A stretch of 63,836 nt of DNA, filler included, from Licmophora abbreviata (Eukaryota), in assembly GCA_900291995.1 (NCBI GenBank). It is 8 parts of 8 records of this genome, joined end to end, with 100 filler letters (N's around TTAATTAATTAA, not from the genome) between each part and the next. Parts side by side here need not be neighbours in the genome. Positions count along the whole stretch, not along the records: positions 53,811 to 57,487 come from OLMU01000936.1; positions 57,588 to 60,311 come from OLMU01000939.1; positions 60,412 to 61,955 come from OLMU01000942.1; positions 62,056 to 63,836 come from OLMU01000946.1; 4 more parts are not named here. One strand, 5' to 3'. Made by a program: the position numbers and the translations under genes. Below, piece by piece: positions 55,124 to 63,836 of the stretch. Under the pieces are notes generated by a model that was given only the letters and a program-made list of their open reading frames with translations, was not told where the DNA came from and did not search any database. Within the stretch, counting starts at the first letter, position 1. Each line of letters begins with the position of its first letter.

Positions 55124-57038
55124 ATGGCGGCTACCAACGCCGAGGGGATGTTGTCCTCTTTCGTTTCGCTGTTTCGACGCACTCCCAGTGAAGGGGAAGA
55201 TGAGGAGCATCCGCTAGAACTCAAAGCTGTTCCAGGATTAATGACATTGCTCGATGTGGCGCTTTTTCGCTCGGTTGAAGCTGAACTCACAGCAACGGTG
55301 GCTTCCGGCAATGCCTTGCTGTGTGCCTGGCTCAGTGTCAAGCGACAAGCTCAGCTTCTACTCTCCGCTCGAATCACGGAAGCCACACACAACATGGAAG
55401 TGACCTCTCCGTCACATGCGTTTGCACGAGTCTGTCTGGAATCAGCCATGGACGCTTTGGAGAGACTCAATACAGACCCTCTTGCGTCGTCTGCCAATCT
55501 GACGGATGCCTACGAGTCGTTCGCAACGCATCAATCCTATAACAGCGGCAACGCACCGTCGCCAATTTCGAACATTGAGCAGGGTGTTGCAAAAAGTTCG
55601 TTCGATACTGGACGACGACGACCTCTTCCGCAGCGTCCGAGAGACTGCTGGGAAACATCGCGTCTCCTTTGTCCCGATCATGTATGGGCGGATGAAGCTC
55701 TCCAAACTTGTCAGAGACATGTTCGACACTTGTCCAAGCATCCATACATGACTAGTACTAATAGTAGCGGCGAAAAGGCACGTGTCGGTACATCTATGGA
55801 ACAGCGACACGCACAGGCGCTGCGGCTGCTAGTACAGTGCGACTTGCCCATGCGGTTGCACCACTTTCGCGCTGCGATCGAGAACGATGGTGTCGTGGCC
55901 AAGCGGTTATATTTGGTCAAGTGTGAGTACCGTGCCCCGTTTCGAGCATTCCTGGAAGGTCACCAAGCGGTACAGCGTGCGCCTTCTCTGGAAATAGTGC
56001 AAGACTTTCAGCAGCTTCAGACGAATTACAACAAGCTAACGCGGAAGCGCTCACAAGCCGAATCCAACTTGCAGGGCTTGCTGGAGACTCCCGAATTGGT
56101 AGAGGCGTTGTCGTTGGAACAAGAATGTGAAACCATGGAAGTAAGAATGGGACAGGCGCTGTTTTGCTTTACGGAACTAGCGCGGATTCTTGATCAAAAA
56201 CGTGCCAAGCTCAGGGCAATTCCGGGAGTGGTCGAGCCAGACGATGTCGGTGTGCTATTGGAGACGTTGCGGGTGAGTATTGTATGACTGAATAGTTTCG
56301 ATGTGTGTATGGGTATGAAGGATCATCCATATGCTAACGGTGTATTTGGTGTTTGCGCTTTGTCATTTGCAGAAACTCAAATATCTCCTGTGTCGCAAGA
56401 CAAGCTCCGAAACGTCTTCGGGCATCCGCCCTCTGTTACTCGATCTACAAGGCGTCCAACGCGACGAGACACCCTGCGAAGGAGCGCAGGCTTCAAACAA
56501 TACCGAGGACGAGAAGCTACTCTCCATGCTTGGTCGTTTGAAAGAACTCTTGCGACAGCTCGATCTGCTTGGCCGACTGTGTACTGTCCGGGGGGCTTTT
56601 GCGGCCGATAATAAGCGCGGTGAAGTCGATCTTCCCTCCAACATCGTCAAATCATGCAGCGTGTTCGACCACGAGCTCTTTGCTGCCCTGTGCGAAGATT
56701 GGTATACGCTCGTGAAACGTCAGCATGAACTTGTGGGTGAGTTCGTGGACTTGTCGGAACGCATTCGTCGAGCCGAAATGGAAGTGAGCATATCGCGTGC
56801 GTCGGAAAGTAGTTTGGGTGTCGTGCGGCAAAGACTCGAAATGATTGCTCAGGATCGTCAAAAGCGATTCGACATTTTGAAAGAAATGATTGAAGAAGTT
56901 TGCGTACGTGAAATGAACTTGCATGTCAAACTAATGCCTCCCAAGAAGGCGGTCGTGCTCGAGTTGGCTCGTACATCAGCATCTGGCGTGTTTGGAACCC
57001 CGTTGATGCTGGCGGGAGAGGAATTGCCATTGGGATAG
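55124..57038 (+). CDS. Uncharacterised helical/coiled-coil protein; intron 56273-56372
   Basis: Two long ORFs join in frame via GT-AG with a CTAAC branch site. No family recognised. Confidence 0.7.
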
Positions 57039-57166
57039 TTGGCTTACTCCTACTGTAGAATGCTTTGTTAAACGCGCAAGTTATGGATCTAGCATTCCCC
57101 AAACTAGTACTCTAGATGCTGTCATTGCTACTACATCGACTACACCCATATTGGCAGCTAGCACTG

Positions 57167-57487
57167 TTACACTTTCTCCTTTGGCTTGACCAAGACGTTT
57201 CGGCATTTTCCTTCAAATCCATCTAGCAAGAGGGTGTTACTGGCTGGTTCTCCCTTGCCACTTATGGCCTTGATGACCTCGTTTCCAACTACGCCACCCA
57301 GTACCGCGCACACCGGGGATACCTCGGCCGTTGCTGTGGCTGCAAGATGTTTGAGCGCGTCGGTCGAGAAAGTCGCATGATCCTTCAGCAGCGGCGCTTC
57401 TTGTGCAATCCACCCTTGAATAATCTTGACAAAGTCTTCGCTGTCTCTCTTGGAAGGCCACTTGCCAGATTGTGTTTGATATTCGAG
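57167..57487 (-). CDS. SAE1: SUMO E1 subunit SAE1/Aos1-like, C-terminal fragment
   Basis: AEVSPVCAVLGGVVGNEVIKAISGKGEPASNTLLLDG followed shortly by a stop (57167-57169). The 5' part is lost in the linker. Confidence 0.78.
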   Translation of the reverse strand, partial: LEYQTQSGKWPSKRDSEDFVKIIQGWIAQEAPLLKDHATFSTDALKHLAATATAEVSPVCAVLGGVVGNEVIKAISGKGEPASNTLLLDGFEGKCRNVLVKPKEKV

Positions 57488-57587
57488 NNNNNNNNNNNNN
57501 NNNNNNNNNNNNNNNNNNNNNNNNNNNNNNNTTAATTAATTAANNNNNNNNNNNNNNNNNNNNNNNNNNNNNNNNNNNNNNNNNNNN

Positions 57588-58990
57588 CTTGAATCCACGT
57601 CTCTACTCTCCTTTTATCTGGTTCAAGCGTTGTCCACACCATTTACAAACATCATGAACGTTTCTGGGGTCAGCTTGGAAACGGTGGAAGAGCGACACGG
57701 AATCCGGGCATCGACAGCTCGCGTTTCTGTCAAAAGCGTCGAAAGCGCTCTTACCTCCGGAGCGGCGACGGTGGTGGATGCTGAAGAACATATTGAAAAG
57801 ACCAAGGGACGATCAAGGGACTCCATCGAGATCCCAAAGAGTCGCAATGCGAATTTGAAAGACTTGGCGCGAATGATCAATGGCTCCCTACGCTTTTCGC
57901 ACGTGACACCGGCACAGATCGAGCGAGTTCGCAAGATGCACGATCGCATCGCGGATGGAGCCAAGTTCTGTTTCAACTACAATGTGTTGCTTTTGGTGGC
58001 GTCGATCCTGGCAGCTCTCGGCTTAGCTTCAGACTCGTCGACCATCATCATCGCTTCCATGCTGGTGAGTCTACAACGAAATTCGGTCCAAATGTTTTGT
58101 AGCACGTTCAATTTATAGGTAGTAAGTAGTGGCAAATAGCTGACACGTACGCTTGCCGCTTTTTCGTGTGCAGGTTTCTCCCATTATGGGTCCCGTGGTC
58201 GGCATGGCCTATGGCAGTACGATTCGCGACTTTAAGCTAGTGCGACGATCGCTCCTGACGGAGGGTATCTCTTTGGTGTTCTGTATCGCTGTCGGGATGG
58301 CGATTGCGGCGATATGTGGACCCACGCAATTGGCAGACGATTGGCCTACTGCGGAAATGACCTCGCGTGGGACTTGGGAGAACTTCCTTGTGGGGTTGCC
58401 AGTTGCCTTCTTCAGTGGTCTAGGTGTCGCGGTGTCGTTGTTGGACGACCAAACGAGTTCCTTAGTGGGTGTTGCTATATCGGCTTCGCTGCTGCCGCCG
58501 GCAGTCAATGCCGGAGTGATCTGGGTAGCTTACATTTTTCTGCGAGCTGATGTTTTAGGATCTGGTGGTCCAGTCATCTTACCAGTTACTATTGATGGGG
58601 GTGAGATTGACGAATCTGTTTCACAAGAAATTCGTGAAGAAAGACTCCGCGACTTTCGAAAGATGGGTTCTATTTCACTTTCTCTTACCTTGGCAAACAT
58701 CGCTCTGATCTGGATTGCATCCATGATGATGTTCCGTATGAAGGAGGTGAGCAAGACATCCGATTCCCTGTAGTTTGTTGTTGCGACCAACTCAAATTTT
58801 TGTTTATGTCGTACAGGTGTTGCCGATCGAGAAGAAGGTGTTCTGGAATGATCTCGGTGTAGCTCGAAAGATATACCAGAAGAGAGCACTTATCGCTCAG
58901 GTGAATGCTGGGTCCAGGGACGACGCGCCTGATGTGGTTGAGATTGAGGCCGATGTAGCGCCCCAGGATTCTGACGACGGAAGCCTGTAA
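57588..58990 (+). CDS. DUF389-family membrane protein, 5'-truncated; introns 58065-58173 and 58747-58816
   Basis: LAALGL..DS...IIASML|VSPIMGP, EM.SRG and SLVGVAISASLLPPAVNAG. Confidence 0.88.
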
Positions 58991-59691
58991 TTGTGTTCGA
59001 GTGCATTTTGGGCTGTCACAAGATGGGTTCACGGTCCTTTTGAGGGGGGGTACTTTGTGCTGCGTATCACTTGTATCGATAGCCAAGAAGTACTTGAGTA
59101 GTTAATACCATGGCTTTTGTATGCACATCGCACATAGTGGACGGTTGTATGAGTATTTTCAATCGGCGATTGTTTGGATGGTATTTGCATATCATGTGTG
59201 CGCTTAGAGAGCTCGTCGTACTGCTGGCGCAAGCACATTCAACAAGCCGGCCGATTCATCCCTCCCCATCGAACACAAAGAAGTGTGCAGAACGGAATAG
59301 ACTTTCAGTCATGGATCCCGACAGCGTCGTTAAAAGAAACGACGACTTCTCCACCACTGTTGATGATTGCATTGTGGCGCTAAATGCAGTTTGAAACGAA
59401 GCGACCCGCGGCGCGCTCATCATTCACGCACGACTCACTCGACGCTTCAAATTTTCAATTTTTGCGCGCGGCGGCCGGCGTGACGGAACAGCGCGCGTTC
59501 CAAAAAATTTGCTTTTTGTGCACGAGCAGAGCTGCGTGTGTGCTGTGATGGTTGAACATCGCGCTTTTGTATGGTGTTCGTCACGATTCGATTCACTCAT
59601 CTTGAATAGTCGGTTCCCATCCGCAGGGAATCTGTCTCAAAGCTCTGTCTTTCTCTCGTTTCTCTTCTTGCATACCTCCGAATCTATCAGA

Positions 59692-60311
59692 ATGGCCACT
59701 GCCCAGCCGAACTACGCTTCCGCCCGGGTTCTGAACGCCGAAGAAGACCTCCTTGGCATGAACCCTTCGCCGTCGCCACAGACGAGCACTCCGACTGCCG
59801 CCATGGTTCCCCACGCGACCGCGCTTCCCTCCTACGGAAACTACTCCTTTGCGCAGCCTCCCGCCGCGAACCACGGCTTCTCTCCGTATGCCAGCACCCC
59901 GGTAGCTTCTACTGCTCCGACGAGCTCCGCGTCGTACCTTGCGGCATCACCGGAGACCAACAACGGTGCCGCTACCATGGCACTTAGCATGCCTGTGAAT
60001 CCCGGATCCCAATCAGCAATGGTGGTCTCGCCGCATGCACAGTCGTACCCTGGAGCAGCTCCCGTGGCCGTCAGAATGCGCGGCGAACCCAGAAATGAGT
60101 CCGCCGACATCAAGAAGAAGCGCCGTCGTCAGCGCCGTCGTCTTCGGTACGTGCTGAACTTGCGGGGAACCTGTGAAAAAGAACTAAATCTCTCCTATGC
60201 CAAGGTGCAAGTCTAACCTGTCGAAAATCGTTCTTCCTTTAGTATGGCAGCTGGGTCTGCTGGTGGCATTGTCGTCGGTGGTCTCGTGTTGGGTCCGGTC
60301 GGTGCCGTGAT
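59692..60311 (+). CDS. Uncharacterised P/A/S-rich protein with a basic cluster followed by a Gly-zipper hydrophobic segment; intron 60147-60242; 3'-truncated
   Basis: KKKRRRQRRRL|RMAAGSAGGIVVGGLVLGPVGAV, in frame after a GT-AG intron. Confidence 0.6.
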
Positions 60312-60411
60312 NNNNNNNNNNNNNNNNNNNNNNNNNNNNNNNNNNNNNNNNNNNNTTAATTAATTAANNNNNNNNNNNNNNNNNNNNNNNNNNNNNNNNN
60401 NNNNNNNNNNN

Positions 60412-60812
60412 CGTATCTCCGGCGACTGACTGCGGTCCAGGCGTGCGCCATGATGGCGGCTGAGATGGATGCCGAGCGGTTAAAACGGAACTACTGCCGC
60501 TGGTATTGGAAATGTCGACGGATACGGTGAGTGTTGTATTTGTTGTTTCGCGATGTTGTCCAGTTACTGGCGCCTAGCGACAATGCGCTCATGACGCGTT
60601 ACCCCTCCGCATTTTTGCAGGTACCGAACATTCGTTTCAACGTTGCCAAGGCACTCGAAATGATCGGACCCGTTTGTGGGAAAGCTGTATACGAGTCACA
60701 AATAAGGCCTGTACTATCGGTGCTGGTAGAAGACCCAGACCGCGACGTGAGGTTCTTTGCTGGCCGAGCGACGAGAACGCTCGACGGCGATCTACAACAA
60801 ATTAAATCGTAG
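60412..60812 (+). CDS. PP2A scaffold (A/PR65) subunit, C-terminal HEAT repeats; intron 60527-60620; apparent 1-nt frameshift near 60477
   Basis: YLRRLT...ELLPLVLEMSTDT|VPNIRFNVAKAL......L.EDPDRDVRFFA is the PR65 C-terminus. Confidence 0.88.
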
Positions 60813-61003
60813 TAGATACGAAACTTGTCTGTTATCTCCCATCCACACTGCCTAACAACTACGCACTCGGACACTGCAGTGTGTCACTACATTGACATAT
60901 AACAGGAAATTGTACTACTCCGTAAGTTTCCCACCCCCACGTCGTCTCCCACCAGAAAGACACACGCTATATTCCCAGGAGCGCTTCTACCCCACAACTC
61001 GTA

Positions 61004-61955
61004 TCATACGTCTTTGAGCCACTCACTAACTGATACTTCTTTCTGCAGCTCTGGCCGCATTAGCGGCAATGGCTCGTCGTCGCCGCCGAGCGGAGCGTTG
61101 ACAATGTCCAAGAATTCGATCGTGCTCAGACGGGACCCCGCGGTAATGACGCCAGGCTTCGGCATCGACTCAGCATTCAGAAAGCTCCCCTCCGTACTGT
61201 GGCAGACCCAAGACAGAAGATTCTGTTAGAACTCGCCCATCGTGGTGTATAGATCGTCCCGGCGAACGTATCATTGCCTCCCTTTCAAACACACCTTGTT
61301 CGCCCAAATTCAGGGCGAAGAATCGGGTCATCGTCAAAGTCCAAGCTCAACGCTTCAATCGTACTACGGACGAGCAAGCACGCAAGCGTCATCTGGTGAG
61401 ATCATGAACCTCTCATTTCACAAACGGACACGCCCGCCAACAACACAATAAGATCATACCTTGATCGAGTACTTAGGTTCAACGGTTCTGGTTTGACCAT
61501 CAAGTCCATTGCGATCTGGTCTATCGTACTCATTCGCTCACTAGCCGCTAAGGTTTTCGGCTTGGCTGATCTCAACGAGGCGTGTTGAAAGTCGCCGCTC
61601 AAATTGTGCAGCTCTTTGTCCGTGTCAAAGATGTTCCCGTTCGCTGTCTCATTCAAATACGCCGCTTTGAGTCGGTTCGCTGCAAGGCTATTGTCGCGAT
61701 TCAAGGCAGCTCGTTTGACTGAGGTGCCCTCCAGATCTGGTTTGGTTTCGATTGTTTCGTACTGATGCGACGTCATACGCTTGACAGTACCTGGTCGCGC
61801 CATGTCGTCGCCAGTGTCTTGCCTAGGAGGTGCAGTCTGTGGAAGACGATCGGGAGACGTCGTCGGCGGCTGCGGAGGGCGCGGTGGTCCACGAGAGTAG
61901 TCTTCCGCTGTCCAAGGACGAGGAGCATCACCAGGGGGGCTCGGAGAGGCTCCAT
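61004..61955 (-). CDS. Low-complexity protein with repeated R-x-S-T units, 5'-truncated; introns 61459-61364 and 61294-61197
   Basis: Spliced frame ...KPEPLNLSTRS|STIEALSLDFDDDPILRPEFGRT|STEGSF...SRLSTIEFLDIV...EWLKDV-stop. Confidence 0.65.
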
Positions 61956-62486
61956 NNNNNNNNNNNNNNNNNNNNNNNNNNNNNNNNNNNNNNNNNNNNT
62001 TAATTAATTAANNNNNNNNNNNNNNNNNNNNNNNNNNNNNNNNNNNNNNNNNNNNTCAATCTTCTTTGGCAGCTTCTTGGCTATATGAATCCCGTGCTTA
62101 TCTCCAATTTTCCCTCGTGGGGCTATGGGATACGCTGTCACGCTTCCAGTGCTTTTTTCTCAACACTGTTCGAGGCGACTCTATGTTACGTAATTGTGCA
62201 CTAGACGCAAACGTTTAGTAGAATTATTAATATCTGCACGTTCCTAGTTTATCTTTCTACCGTACTCGTACTTCATGTCCAGGCAACCCAACAGGCGTAT
62301 TGTTTATCGGTATGATCTAGTGCCTTGTCTCCGTTACAACAACAAATGCCGGTACCACGAAGGAAACGGTGAGAATGCCATTCGCGCTCGTCCCTTACTA
62401 TTTACGTCTCATCCTTGCCGGCAGTGTGGTGCGCTCCTTCACAACCTGTTCGTGAGACACGAGACTGCTTCTCATTGCAATCATGT

Positions 62487-63836
62487 TTAATCAGTTTCTT
62501 TGCGTTGTTTTTTCTTCGCGAGAAGTCTGGCTTTCAGCGAATCGAGCTCGCTCGTCGCCTGTTGATTTCCAGCCGGCAGTTCATCTGCGGGCCTTTTCTT
62601 TGTGGCCAATACATCGCCCTTCCTATCATCTTGTACTTGATCGCCACGTGAGTCAATACCCACGTCGTCTACCAATGTGTCCTGGTCGAGGAGTGAGTTT
62701 GGTTGTGGCGCACCTATATTGTCTTGCTCGATGACTGTCTCTCCGTCGGGGCGAACGTATGCGCTTGCCTCACGAAGCCTGCATATTTCCTCGTCTTTCA
62801 CTTGTGACGCTGCATGACTCTTTTCTAGATCGGCCTCGAACTGAATCCGTGTCCAGATAGCGAAACCTATGAGTGTCAATGCTCTCTTGGGCCCACATCA
62901 ACATGAACATTGAACTCACCTGCGCTAGCCGGGTTCGGCAGCGGGCCACCTCTTGTTCGGCGCACTCCAGCTCATCTTTAACTTCGACAAGTTCTTCTTC
63001 TACAGCCTTCAATTTGCTATGAAAGTCGGCGGCTTCTCGTGCGGCGGTTGTGCTGGCTTCTTCAAGACGATTCCTCATCTCTCCTAGCTCACGTTCAGCA
63101 GACTCAGACTCCAATTTTACCAAATCCGACCCTTTGTCAGTTTTCTTTGCATCGAGCGCGTTTGTTAGCGATTCTATATCAGTCGCCAACTTCGCTTCTT
63201 TCTCGTTCCTTGAGCTATTAGTGGCATGCGCGAGCTTAAGAAGCTCCGTTAGCTCTTCGACCTGTCGTCCGAGATCTGATTTCTCTTGTTCGACAGACTC
63301 GATCTGGTTCTGGAGTTTCGACACAAGTTCGGTTTTGATCATCTCGTCTGGTTTGGGCGAGCGGAGCACCCCGTCTGCGGATGCTGGCTCTGTAGCATGA
63401 TCGACGGTGTCTGCACGAGCATTATCGTCTAAAGTAGGCTTGTCCGGATGCCCTCTCGTGAGCTCGTCGAGTTGTTGCTGAAAATCTACCAGCTTCGCTT
63501 CAGCTAATGAATTCTTCGTCTGGAGGTCTTTTACGATGTCATCTCTGTCTGACAGCTCTTGTGACTTGGTGTGGAGCTCCTCTCGCGATGCATACAGATC
63601 CGACCGCAACTTCACCAGGACAGTCAGATCTGAGTCCAGTCCGTCGACCTTCTGCCGAAGTTCTGCAACTTCTTTCATCCCCGATTCCCGCTGCGCTTTC
63701 GAATTCTCTCCTGCCGCCTCAAGACTCTTCACCAGGCGGTCTTTCTCCGCGAGCTGGTCATTCTTTTCTTTCATTTCAGAGGCAGACGCTCCTTCAGCTC
63801 GCCTGTGCTCAACCTCGATTTCCGCAAGCCGTGTCC
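62487..63836 (-). CDS. Long coiled-coil protein, 3' part (runs off the right edge); intron 62919-62841
   Basis: E/K/L-rich heptads. A GT-AG intron joins ..RLAQ|FEADLE.. in frame. Confidence 0.75.

Noticed and set aside
1..63836. Apparent cluster of cell-cycle and chromatin genes (TBL1, Wee1, TAF7, TAF-like, HUS1, YEATS4, SAE1, PP2A-A)
   Set aside because: These genes are interspersed with unrelated ones and lie on separate contigs, which is compatible with chance in a compact genome.
1..63836. Transposons or viral inserts
   Set aside because: I recognised no RT, integrase, transposase, capsid, LTR or TIR, and saw no obvious compositional island.

Overview
Gene-dense eukaryotic nuclear DNA, about 50% GC by eye and most likely a diatom. 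The evidence is an FCP/LHC antenna gene with an ASAF bipartite plastid presequence, several other signal-peptide+F/W presequences, a diatom-style PPR protein and short (about 70-175 nt) GT-AG introns. The window is eight contigs joined by seven identical artificial 100-nt linkers (44N-TTAATTAATTAA-44N), so gene order across linkers is unproven. I can support about 40 protein genes and one tRNA-Ile(AAU). Housekeeping calls include TBL1-like, Mrt4, Wee1, TAF7, a TAF10/TAF4-like histone fold, ERD2, HUS1, PIMT, Nup58, TRAPPC1, YEATS4, TruA, SAE1 and PP2A-A. I see no transposon, CRISPR or rRNA. The most unusual items are: a tandem pair of type-II-membrane atypical kinases predicted to face the secretory lumen; a WW-CD225 (IFITM/dispanin) fusion; a stand-alone SRP54/Ffh M-domain protein with a mitochondrial-type presequence; an R3H-RRP6-HRDC exonuclease with a C-terminal tail anchor; an LYR-DUF179 fusion; and recurrent E2F-like plus CHR-like promoter motifs. 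All family calls are by motif recognition, with no database search, and exon boundaries were inferred by eye.
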